From positions 1 to 60,559 of the IMG/VR virus record IMGVR_UViG_3300020469_005303: a stretch of DNA of 60,559 nucleotides, one strand, 5' to 3'. The translations under genes and the position numbers were made by a program. The notes beneath the pieces are model-generated. The model saw only the letters and a program-made list of their open reading frames with translations, was not told the DNA's origin and made no database searches. This document shows positions 1 to 8,734 of the stretch, in pieces; positions within the stretch are counted from its first letter, which is position 1; each line of letters begins with the position of its first letter. The DNA comes from a virus. Its lineage: Duplodnaviria; Caudoviricetes.

Positions 1-371
1 CTGCGTATTTTATCGCCGAGACCATCAATCATTTCAATTTCATGTTTCTTACAAACAACACTTTCTGGAACTTCACCCGTACTTCGGTCACCACCATTTG
101 CAAAGATGTTTGGTTTAATTGCATCAAGAGAGGCACATACACTTTTGTCTTGATCAATGCTAAGAAATGCTTCGTCAACTATTCCGAGTGCTTCTACGAT
201 TTTTACTCTATCTGCTTCATCCATAAATGGTTTGCCTTTTTTAAGAACACATTGATGATTGTTGTTTACGATAACAACAAGACGATCACCCAATTTCTTT
301 GCTAACTCAAGGTATTCCAAATGCCCTACATGAATAGGATCAAAGTATCCACTAACTGCTACTGTTTTCAT
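1..371 (-). CDS. Cytidylyltransferase-family nucleotidyltransferase (TagD/RfaE domain II-like), 3' end outside window
   Basis: Manual translation: MKTVAVSGYFDPIHVGHLEYLELAKKLGD...FANGGDR...GLGDKIR; HxGH motif. Not in the ORF track because it runs off the window edge. Confidence 0.85.
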   Translation of the reverse strand, partial: MKTVAVSGYFDPIHVGHLEYLELAKKLGDRLVVIVNNNHQCVLKKGKPFMDEADRVKIVEALGIVDEAFLSIDQDKSVCASLDAIKPNIFANGGDRSTGEVPESVVCKKHEIEMIDGLGDKIR

Positions 372-375
372 AATG

Positions 376-747
376 TTACTCCGATTTGTGTTTTTCTGGA
401 CGATCATAATCATCTTGGACTCTTACAATGTCATCTTCACCAAAATAAGTTCCTGTTTGAACTTCCACTAAAATCATATCTTCTGAATCACTTGGATTTG
501 CCATTCTATGTTTTGCTCCAAGTGGGATCAACACAGTTTCACCTGGTTTGTAATCTTCCGTGACATCATCCAAGGTTATTCTTGCAACACCACTAACAAC
601 TGTCCATGCTTCTTGTCGTTTGTGATGATACTGATAACTTAGTCTTTGTCCTGGTTTTACAAAGATGCGTTTAACTTTACAGTATTCTGCGTCTAAAAGA
701 ATTTCATAATTTCCCCAAGGTCTAATGCTTTCGTCTGATTCACTCAT
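376..747 (-). CDS. Cupin, mannose-6-phosphate isomerase type II (ManC C-terminal domain-like)
   Basis: RPWGNY, VKRIFVKPGQRLSYQYHHKRQEAW, HRMAN, EVQTGTYFGEDDIVR motifs. Confidence 0.9.
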   Translation of the reverse strand: MSESDESIRPWGNYEILLDAEYCKVKRIFVKPGQRLSYQYHHKRQEAWTVVSGVARITLDDVTEDYKPGETVLIPLGAKHRMANPSDSEDMILVEVQTGTYFGEDDIVRVQDDYDRPEKHKSE

Positions 748-751
748 AATT

Positions 752-1003
752 TTATCCCCATCTGTCAGCCAAATTCTGTTCAGAAACGTCGGACTTTGTT
801 TCTACTGATTTAATTTCCATATCAAGTTCTAATGTATCTATAATACCATTTGCAGTATTTACCAAATCCTCACACACTTGTTTTGGATTTGACCACAATT
901 TCAAATCGTGCATCATGGTAATATCATCACCGATTCCGTATACACGGAAGTCAAATTTTAGAACTATTTTATCGTTTTCTATTTTAATATCTGATAACTT
1001 CAT
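752..1003 (-). CDS. Hypothetical protein
   Basis: 83-aa ORF packed between co-oriented genes with 4-nt gaps. Confidence 0.65.
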   Translation of the reverse strand: MKLSDIKIENDKIVLKFDFRVYGIGDDITMMHDLKLWSNPKQVCEDLVNTANGIIDTLELDMEIKSVETKSDVSEQNLADRWG

Positions 1004-1007
1004 AATA

Positions 1008-1637
1008 TTATATATCTGTCTTTGGCACTGGACCGCAAGTATAATTAAATTTTGCTATTGATCTACGATGACGTTGGGCAACAATTGAACCCGATTCGTA
1101 ATTGTAGTATTTCCAATAATCTTCGTTTTTCTTTTTAAAAGGAAACTTACCAATTTTTTTAAGACTTTTATATTCAAGATTAAGTTTTTCACAAATAGTT
1201 TTATAGTCTTCGTTCAAGTTTTCAAACTTCATGTAATGATCCATTTCAGGATTCCCTTTTTTATCAAAATAAAAAGGTTCATTAAATTGTGTATAATTTC
1301 CTATCCATCTTGCAAATTGCTCCTTGAACTGATATCCACTGAACTTCATTTTTAAAAGCTTATCTACATTTGCTCTATGGTTTTTTCCTACCAAACCTCC
1401 GTCTTGCCACCAAAAATATGACACCATACGATCCCAAGGATTTCGTGTGATAGTAAATTTAAAATATTCTTCATATATTTTTTTACCTACTATGTGCTTT
1501 GTGTCTTTTGGATTTCTGTGGGTTGTATCAATAATGTCTTCATCACCACATTGTTCTATAAGATTGTGTTCAACACTATTTCCACCAACTTTCCAAGGTT
1601 TAAAGAATATAAATTTATGTTTATGTGATACAATCAT
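1008..1637 (-). CDS. Sulfotransferase family 2 (carbohydrate sulfotransferase-like)
   Basis: MIVSHKHKFIFFKPWKVGGNSV (variant 5'-PSB loop), RNPWDRMVSYF (3'-PB), KFENLNED. Confidence 0.8.
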   Translation of the reverse strand: MIVSHKHKFIFFKPWKVGGNSVEHNLIEQCGDEDIIDTTHRNPKDTKHIVGKKIYEEYFKFTITRNPWDRMVSYFWWQDGGLVGKNHRANVDKLLKMKFSGYQFKEQFARWIGNYTQFNEPFYFDKKGNPEMDHYMKFENLNEDYKTICEKLNLEYKSLKKIGKFPFKKKNEDYWKYYNYESGSIVAQRHRRSIAKFNYTCGPVPKTDI

Positions 1638-2587
1638 TTTTTATATATATCCTCGAATTTTTCAATAAAGTTATTAAGTTCAAATTTTGGTAATGTATTT
1701 ATACCAGCTGCTTTTTCACGACCACCTCCTGATGGAAATTGTAATGCAAGTTTGCTTGCTCCAAATGGATTTGTTTTCGGTGAACGAATACTTACACGAT
1801 ATTTTTCTTCGTCTATTAATGTTAAAATTGCGAATGCTTTGTTTGGATTATCAGTAGTTTGTTGATTACTAAATATACCTGAATAACGAATTGATGCTTT
1901 AGTGTCGGGAAGTAGTATAACTTTACCTGTGTTGGAATCATGTAAAATTTCAGAAGAACTTAATTCTGCTTTATCTAAAACCATTTGTGTATAAATTTTG
2001 TTATAGATTTCTGATTTTTTTCTATATTGAAAAGGAGATACATATTGATGTAAATCAAGATACACTTCTTTTGGATCAACTGTTAAATCTGATAATTCGT
2101 TTCCATATCCATTGTAATTTAATGTTTCACCAATTTCTTTGAGTTCCAACATTATCGTTTCATTAAAATTAGGATTAAGTTTTTCTGCTTGTTCGTGTAG
2201 ATTATCTCCGTATGCTCCGCATATAGTCCAAGGTCTATGTAATCCGTCTATATATTTATCAACTAAAATGTTTGTGCAACAATTCGGGTCTGCGTCTACT
2301 TTTATTGAAAACTTATCACCAAGATCGATTTCACCTGGTTCGTGGTGATCAAACCATCTTACTATATTATTATTATTTAGTATTTCATTTATATAGTCTT
2401 TATTGGACAACAACGAAATATCAAAAACACTAAGTGTAGAGTTTTTAATTTCAACTGCGTGTCTTAGAAGTTTTACGTCTCGTTTGACTCCTGTGAAAAC
2501 TTCACTTTTTTGTGGAAACTGCAAACGATATTGATGCAAACTAATTATACCATCTGCATCTCCATTGAAGAAATCGTAATACTTCAT
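1634..2587 (-). CDS. DHH/DHHA1-family phosphoesterase
   Basis: FNGDADG, FDHH, VSIRS and GGGREKAAG motifs; ATG at 2587 preferred over the upstream start in the ORF track. Confidence 0.85.
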   Translation of the reverse strand: MKYYDFFNGDADGIISLHQYRLQFPQKSEVFTGVKRDVKLLRHAVEIKNSTLSVFDISLLSNKDYINEILNNNNIVRWFDHHEPGEIDLGDKFSIKVDADPNCCTNILVDKYIDGLHRPWTICGAYGDNLHEQAEKLNPNFNETIMLELKEIGETLNYNGYGNELSDLTVDPKEVYLDLHQYVSPFQYRKKSEIYNKIYTQMVLDKAELSSSEILHDSNTGKVILLPDTKASIRYSGIFSNQQTTDNPNKAFAILTLIDEEKYRVSIRSPKTNPFGASKLALQFPSGGGREKAAGINTLPKFELNNFIEKFEDIYKK

Positions 2588-2588
2588 T

Positions 2589-3431
2589 TTATTCCTCGGC
2601 AACTGCACGACCTTTATCTGCTTTCCAATCCTGCTCTGGTCGGTCTACTTCTTCGTTTCTTTTGATTACCGCATCTAAAATAGGTGAGTTTATTCCATTT
2701 TCTTTTGCAAAGTTTGCTAATGCATTTGTATCTTTAGGAAAACAGGTTCCTCCGAATCCACGTTTACCATCGTGACCGGGTACTTTGGTGTGTCCTGTTC
2801 CAATTCTTTCATCCTGTGTTGCAATACAACGAACATTTTCATAATCAATACCGACTTCTGAACAAATGCTTTCAAGTTCGTTGAAAAATCCAACCTTAAC
2901 ACTTAAAAACACATTCTTTAAATACTTGATCATTTCTGCTTCACTTGGTTTGCACTGAATTACTTGTTTGTTAACAACAGAACCTGTTCCTCCGTTGTAA
3001 GCCAACTCAAACATACGTTTCATTTTTTCATATAAAAAAGGATCAGTAGAACCAAGTATCCATTGATCACAATTCTTAAAATCTTCTTCCCAATTTTTCT
3101 CGGTAAGAAATTCCGGCATAAAATTAACATCAAGTTCTTCACTTGTTCCTGGTGGAACTGTAGAACGTAGCACTATATACTTGCTATCATCTATTTCTTG
3201 TATTTCTTCGCATACTGCACGAACAATATCAAGATTTGCACTTCCATCTGAATTCATTGGTGTAGGAACTGCAACGAAAATAATTTCGGACTCCTCTACA
3301 AATGTTTCAATATCCAATGTTTTAGGATCTCTTTTTTCGGGAACTACATCCCATACTAATACTTCTACGTGCGGTCTAAGCAATGTCATTGCATGACCCA
3401 CGAAACCATTACCAACTACTCCAATCTTCAT
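2589..3431 (-). CDS. UDP-glucose/GDP-mannose dehydrogenase family (short form)
   Basis: Rossmann GNGFVG, VPTP, RSTVPPG, PEFL, catalytic GFGGTCFPKD; SD AAGGA about 10 nt before ATG 3431. Confidence 0.9.
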   Translation of the reverse strand: MKIGVVGNGFVGHAMTLLRPHVEVLVWDVVPEKRDPKTLDIETFVEESEIIFVAVPTPMNSDGSANLDIVRAVCEEIQEIDDSKYIVLRSTVPPGTSEELDVNFMPEFLTEKNWEEDFKNCDQWILGSTDPFLYEKMKRMFELAYNGGTGSVVNKQVIQCKPSEAEMIKYLKNVFLSVKVGFFNELESICSEVGIDYENVRCIATQDERIGTGHTKVPGHDGKRGFGGTCFPKDTNALANFAKENGINSPILDAVIKRNEEVDRPEQDWKADKGRAVAEE

Positions 3432-3498
3432 ATAACGCAATCCTTTTAAAAATTAAATGCTATATAACCTTTTATAATAAGTATAAAGTAATCTTATT

Positions 3499-4107
3499 TT
3501 ATGCTACTTGAAACCTTCTTAATTTCCAAAATAACCAAACAAGCAATCTTGGTATTTTTAAAACAAATCCTGTTCCTCGTATAATTGGATTTTCTGCATA
3601 TAATCTTCTTGATATTATTTTTTTATACCAAGAAACATTTTTAAGTTTATAGTCTACGATATATATTTCTTTTGTTTTTGGTAAGTCTACAACATCATAA
3701 TCTGACCAGTTTCCCAGATCAACAAATGCGCCGTCAATTATATTGTTAAAATCATTTTCAAAAATACAATCTTTTATTGTAATATTATATGCTTGGCATT
3801 TAATCGTAAAATGATGTTTTGTATTTTTAGAAACAAAACGACACTTTTCAAATAACATAAAACCACCTCTTACTATATCTACACAATCCTCAAATCCACC
3901 TATAATGGTAGAATTTGTAACAACCACGTCATGACAATAACTTAGTTTTAATCCTTCAGCAACGGGTCCTGCATCGATTGTGCAATTATTGATTCTTATT
4001 TTTTGTTTTGGCATTCCGGGACGCCAGGCAAAGCCAAGTGCATTGCTTTCCACTCCATTTGTTAAATCACCTTTGAAGGTTTTTCCATCAATAACAATTT
4101 CACTCAC
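3499..4107 (-). CDS. Small right-handed beta-helix (pectin lyase-like fold) protein
   Basis: Beta-helix-type repeats IRINNCTI, VVVTNSTI, EDCVDI, LFEKCRF, ITIKDCIF; basic/aromatic C-terminal tail. Confidence 0.6.
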   Translation of the reverse strand: MSEIVIDGKTFKGDLTNGVESNALGFAWRPGMPKQKIRINNCTIDAGPVAEGLKLSYCHDVVVTNSTIIGGFEDCVDIVRGGFMLFEKCRFVSKNTKHHFTIKCQAYNITIKDCIFENDFNNIIDGAFVDLGNWSDYDVVDLPKTKEIYIVDYKLKNVSWYKKIISRRLYAENPIIRGTGFVLKIPRLLVWLFWKLRRFQVA

Positions 4108-4913
4108 TTAAACTTTCTCTTTATACGATCAATTGCGTTTTTATCTGAAACATTTGTTGAGTTTCCGAGTGAAGAACCAAATATAGTTAAAACTTCGTTT
4201 TTGCTTAACTTTTTATCATCGTCTACTGCACGGATTCTTTCTTTGGCATCGTGAACACCCTTTATTATGTTGCTTGTCATTTGACTACTTGTGATTCCTA
4301 ACCAAGTAATAAGTCCGGGAATCTTACCAACCAACCACCCAATAAGCTGAGTTATTATCGGTAATAGTGCAGGACCACCTATAACTAAAATAGCAATAGC
4401 ACCCACCAACCCAAATGTTGTTGTCAAGTAACTCCACATTGAATCAAAAAAACCTTCTTTTTGTTCTTTTGCTTTAAGTTCTCCTAAACTAATTAGTTTT
4501 TCTTCTGTGTCTTTTAAGTCGTGTCCGAGTATTTCTTTGCGTCTACTTAATTCAATTACATCTGCATTTCTGTCTGTCAAATTATCGATTGCCATTTCAT
4601 TATTACTTATTACATCTTCTACATGGATTTTATCACCTGGTTGTGGAAGACCAACAATTTCTTGTGCTTTTTGTGCAAGTTCTAATGCAACCAAGTCTTC
4701 TTTTGATTTATCATCAGATAAAGAAAGCGCATCAACCGTACCAGAAACAAATGCTCTTGTGTGCCTATCCAACTCTCCTTCTTTTCTTGAAATCTCACCT
4801 ACTATTTCTTGTCTATCTTGCTTTAATCCCCAATTTGGTATTGTAATGCAACTAGTTGTAAATAAAGATGATAAAACAACACATATTAATATTATATTTT
4901 TTTTAACTCTCAT
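4104..4913 (-). CDS. Putative lipoprotein with coiled coil and C-terminal TM region (spanin-like architecture)
   Basis: Basic N-terminus, hydrophobic stretch, FTTS-C lipobox-like site; helical middle; hydrophobic FGLVGAIAILVIGGPALLPIITQLIGWLV. Confidence 0.55.
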   Translation of the reverse strand: MRVKKNIILICVVLSSLFTTSCITIPNWGLKQDRQEIVGEISRKEGELDRHTRAFVSGTVDALSLSDDKSKEDLVALELAQKAQEIVGLPQPGDKIHVEDVISNNEMAIDNLTDRNADVIELSRRKEILGHDLKDTEEKLISLGELKAKEQKEGFFDSMWSYLTTTFGLVGAIAILVIGGPALLPIITQLIGWLVGKIPGLITWLGITSSQMTSNIIKGVHDAKERIRAVDDDKKLSKNEVLTIFGSSLGNSTNVSDKNAIDRIKRKFK

Positions 4914-5772
4914 TTATATTATATATATCGTCATTTATTCTTTTTTTGAACTTATTATATTCTAGGTTCATGGAACGATCACCACGTTGTCTAAAGTCTT
5001 TTATTTTTAATTGATCTCTGTTTTTGGAAATCAAATTACGATCTTCACATACAATATTGTTAGATAATGTAAATTGTTGCACCTTGATTTGTTTGCTTTT
5101 CATATAATCACAGCAATACATCATAAATGTGTCATCGTGGCCGTAGCCAACAAATGAGTCGGGTATACCTATGTATTTGGCAAGTTTGGCAGATATACAA
5201 GTAAACCAACCACCTGCCCATTTAAATTTATTACATTTTACTGATTTTGTTTCTAAATTATTTTCTTTTAAGATTTTATCTATGTCAATATTCTTATAAA
5301 ATCCTATTTTTTCTTTTTTATATTTTTTATTTACAATGACATCCCAAGTACTGTCCCATAATCTGACAACTTCAGGTGTAATTATGTAATACTCGTATTC
5401 ATTCTTTATGACTTGCAATTCTTTTAAAAAATTATTGGTTAAATTATCATTAAAGTGTATGTCTGTATCTAAAAAGAAAAGTGTATCCGAGAGGTCTGCA
5501 TCATTGATACACGTCCTGCGATGTTCGTTGACTCCAAAATATTTTGTTGTTATGTGATGTTTTATATTTCCACCATACTTACTTGATACTAAATTGAATT
5601 CGCTAATTTGATTTTCTAATTCGCAACTTTCTTTAATTACTTTTTTGTTTATATTAAGAACACTTTTAATCTCTACCTCATCGTTGTTTTTTAAAACACC
5701 CTCAAGTTTATAAATAATTCTTTTATATTCTTCAACTTCATGTGGAAATAAATGTATTGATATTATATTCAT
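4903..5772 (-). CDS. GT-A fold glycosyltransferase (GT2/GT7-like)
   Basis: FLDTD (DxD) and GYGHDDTF motifs. Confidence 0.7.
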   Translation of the reverse strand: MNIISIHLFPHEVEEYKRIIYKLEGVLKNNDEVEIKSVLNINKKVIKESCELENQISEFNLVSSKYGGNIKHHITTKYFGVNEHRRTCINDADLSDTLFFLDTDIHFNDNLTNNFLKELQVIKNEYEYYIITPEVVRLWDSTWDVIVNKKYKKEKIGFYKNIDIDKILKENNLETKSVKCNKFKWAGGWFTCISAKLAKYIGIPDSFVGYGHDDTFMMYCCDYMKSKQIKVQQFTLSNNIVCEDRNLISKNRDQLKIKDFRQRGDRSMNLEYNKFKKRINDDIYNINES

Positions 5773-8009
5773 TGAAATAAACTATAAAATGCAAATCTTA
5801 GCATATATTCTTCGTTTTTTGGATTTCTCGTATAACTTTTAAGTAAGTTTGCGTAAAACGATAGTGGTTTTTTATATATAGTATTTTTTGATAAAGAAAA
5901 ACAACAACCTATAAACGTTTTATATTTTTGGTTATATGGCATATTGGCTGTTTCATTGTACCAGATTCTAGGTGACTTATAATTTTTAATTTTTGAATGC
6001 TGGTTTATGTTAAGAGATGTGACCTTTCCTATTATTGCACAAAATCCATTGACTGGTGATGTAGATTTTCTAAAAAATTCAGAGTGAAAATCTTTGTTAG
6101 TATTGTTATGTGCGAAATATACTAAATTTGGTAGTTCATCGTAAAAAGTACATATAAAATAAAGGAAAATTCCAAATGCACCGTAATTTTCAATTTTCGC
6201 AAAAGATTCAATACATGGACTTACATTTCCATCAATTAATATTTTACATTTCATTTTAATTCTATTTATTGAAAACAAGGTTTCTGTTTCTCTTACTGCA
6301 ACAAGCATCTCCGTGTGATCGTTTATGATAAATTCAGACATTTTGTTTTTTGTGTTTTTGTTAACCATAAAAGAATATATTTCATTTTGAATAAACTGAA
6401 TATTTTTGTTTAATTTGGTTTGTTGAATTTTGTTGATTAATTCTAAATCAGTCGGAGATATATGTTTATCTTCATTTCTGTTGTGGAAGTATTTTTCAAT
6501 ATCACATTTGATTCCTAGATTTTTTATTTCATAGATTTGATTTTTGATTTTGAGGTCTGTGTTCGGATTATACCTGTGTTTACTTAATATATGCTCACGT
6601 GATACATACATTCTGTCTGATTTATTGCCGTGAAATAAAGTTGTAATGTGTACATTTGCATATCCTATTCCGTGTTTTAATTTTTTGTTTTTTTTACACC
6701 AGTCTACAAAAGAGTTTTTAAATGCGTTTGTCATTTGTGAAAAAAACCTATCGTTCAAAATTAAATCATGGGAGTTTTCGTTGTAGTAATAACCAATTAA
6801 ATTTAATATATCCCCACCACCTATTATTGATAAATCAAATAACAAGTTTTTTTCTAAAAAACTTCTATGATAACAATGACCATATCCAGGTTCTGCTTTT
6901 CTTTGCAACAAACATTTTATATCGCGGTCTGTGTCTGTATGCGTAAGTTGATATGCAGATGAATCTTTTTCTTTTTCTAGTGGATGAACTTTTTCTTTAT
7001 ACGAATGAGAAAATATTTGCGTGACTCCATAAAATTTAGTAGCGAAGATTACCCGCTTCCACCAATCAGTATCACTGAAAATGATATCTGCATCAACCCA
7101 AGCAATGTATTCAAATTTTTTATTTAATAATTGTTTTATTCCTATGTTTAATAGTTGCTCTTTTTTCCAAAATAAAGATTCCGTGTCAATAGAGATTATG
7201 TTCGTGGTTAAATTATCTATCCTATACAATGACTTAGACGAGTATGTTTCTATTACAAGGGGGTATATACCAGTTGAGTGAATAGAGTTTAAAAACTTTA
7301 CAAAGTTTAAAAACTTACTTTTGTAATTGCAAGGATTAAAATAACAACAAACTACTCCGAACGAATTTTTTGATGGATTATAGTTCTGTAAGTTAGAGTA
7401 TAGTTTTTTACTTATCTCATAATTTTTCTTTGTTTTTCTATGTTCTAAATAAAAGTCATCTGTATATTTGAGTTTACGCATGGTTTTCGCACCTTTTATT
7501 TGTTCATGTAATTTACGTTTCCACCTTAATTTATTATCATTCTTATATATTCTACCTTGGTAGTCCGGAAAATTTATTGCCCCATGCTTGTCATTGTCTA
7601 TTTTAATTTCCTGGTTCGCTAATTCTTTTTTAGTAATGCCACTAAAAAAATTTAAACGTGGAATCCAAAATAAGTCAGTATCTCTATTGGCCACTAATTC
7701 GTGAATCTTTTTTATCAGATTTAAGGACGGTATTTCATCAGCATCTAAATTAAATATATACTCATTTTTACACAATGAAAAAAATATATTTTTATGAAAT
7801 GAAAAGTCATCTAAAAGTTTTCGGTAAATAAATTTATCAACTTTATGTAAATAGTTTTTTATTTTTTTGCACTTACTAAAATCTGATATTACAACAATTT
7901 CATCAGATTTAGATTTGTGTATTTTTAGAAAATCAATTAATTTTACAAATGAATCAGTTTCTTCACTAACACATATTGCATAACTTATATTAGGTCTTGC
8001 TTGCATCAA
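5769..8009 (-). CDS. Multidomain glycosyltransferase (GT2 + second GT-A domain + DUF3431-like C-terminal domain)
   Basis: LDADE/PDYQGRIY/LHEQI (GT2); WKKEQLLN...WVDADI...GGGD (second GT-A); YDELPNLVYFAH...FSLSKNTIYKKPLSFY. Start probably ATG 8006. Confidence 0.75.
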   Translation of the reverse strand: MMQARPNISYAICVSEETDSFVKLIDFLKIHKSKSDEIVVISDFSKCKKIKNYLHKVDKFIYRKLLDDFSFHKNIFFSLCKNEYIFNLDADEIPSLNLIKKIHELVANRDTDLFWIPRLNFFSGITKKELANQEIKIDNDKHGAINFPDYQGRIYKNDNKLRWKRKLHEQIKGAKTMRKLKYTDDFYLEHRKTKKNYEISKKLYSNLQNYNPSKNSFGVVCCYFNPCNYKSKFLNFVKFLNSIHSTGIYPLVIETYSSKSLYRIDNLTTNIISIDTESLFWKKEQLLNIGIKQLLNKKFEYIAWVDADIIFSDTDWWKRVIFATKFYGVTQIFSHSYKEKVHPLEKEKDSSAYQLTHTDTDRDIKCLLQRKAEPGYGHCYHRSFLEKNLLFDLSIIGGGDILNLIGYYYNENSHDLILNDRFFSQMTNAFKNSFVDWCKKNKKLKHGIGYANVHITTLFHGNKSDRMYVSREHILSKHRYNPNTDLKIKNQIYEIKNLGIKCDIEKYFHNRNEDKHISPTDLELINKIQQTKLNKNIQFIQNEIYSFMVNKNTKNKMSEFIINDHTEMLVAVRETETLFSINRIKMKCKILIDGNVSPCIESFAKIENYGAFGIFLYFICTFYDELPNLVYFAHNNTNKDFHSEFFRKSTSPVNGFCAIIGKVTSLNINQHSKIKNYKSPRIWYNETANMPYNQKYKTFIGCCFSLSKNTIYKKPLSFYANLLKSYTRNPKNEEYMLRFAFYSLFQ

Positions 8010-8685
8010 AGTCTTCCTCTGATTCTATTCCTGGATTATCAACGAAGTTTTTAATATCTGTAAGCATTTCATAAAATGCATCTAAACTACCAAATCTATC
8101 CATTATTAATTTTCTGAATCGTGCATTATTCAAATTTGTAATATCTTGTTTGAGAATCTTGTTTAATAAAAGTTTGCTTTGCTTTATTTCATTTAATGAT
8201 TCTGTTTTACCTATTACGGCTGCTTCGTGGGTAGTATTATCAAAAATTTTTAATTTTTTCCAATCCAACATATACAACTTTGGCTGTTTAATTTCATACA
8301 TCTTATAGGTCCTATAACAATCAAACTCTAATAAATTATTTTTTATATAATTAGAATAAAAAGTCCGTGGTCTATCGATTAGTTGTGAAAAAGGTCCTTT
8401 GAGTTCATATTTTCTTTTAATTAATGATAATGTGTCTTTAATTATTACTCTTTTTAGAAAAGCATACAACTTAGATTCTGGTATATGCTCAACGGTCAAT
8501 CCATGTACTAGCATATTTCCACCTTTATTAAATTTACCCAACACTAAAACCAGACGATTTATTTTCCGTCTTGAAGTTTCACTTCTATATCTAAATGAAA
8601 TAATATGACCAGGTTCGACTTTGGTTCTTGCAACTGAGGTATTTCCTCCGATAAGTCTTTGTAGGTATTTTGCATAATAACTCAT
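7990..8685 (-). CDS. Phage protein, possibly distant T4 gp2 (DNA end protector)-like
   Basis: PGHIISFRY...VHGLTVEHIP...CYRTY resembles the gp2-family pattern; weak, by eye. Confidence 0.4.
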   Translation of the reverse strand: MSYYAKYLQRLIGGNTSVARTKVEPGHIISFRYRSETSRRKINRLVLVLGKFNKGGNMLVHGLTVEHIPESKLYAFLKRVIIKDTLSLIKRKYELKGPFSQLIDRPRTFYSNYIKNNLLEFDCYRTYKMYEIKQPKLYMLDWKKLKIFDNTTHEAAVIGKTESLNEIKQSKLLLNKILKQDITNLNNARFRKLIMDRFGSLDAFYEMLTDIKNFVDNPGIESEEDFDASKT

Positions 8686-8734
8686 AATATCACAAAATGT
8701 GTATATTATATATATTAATGCGTTTATGTTTACA

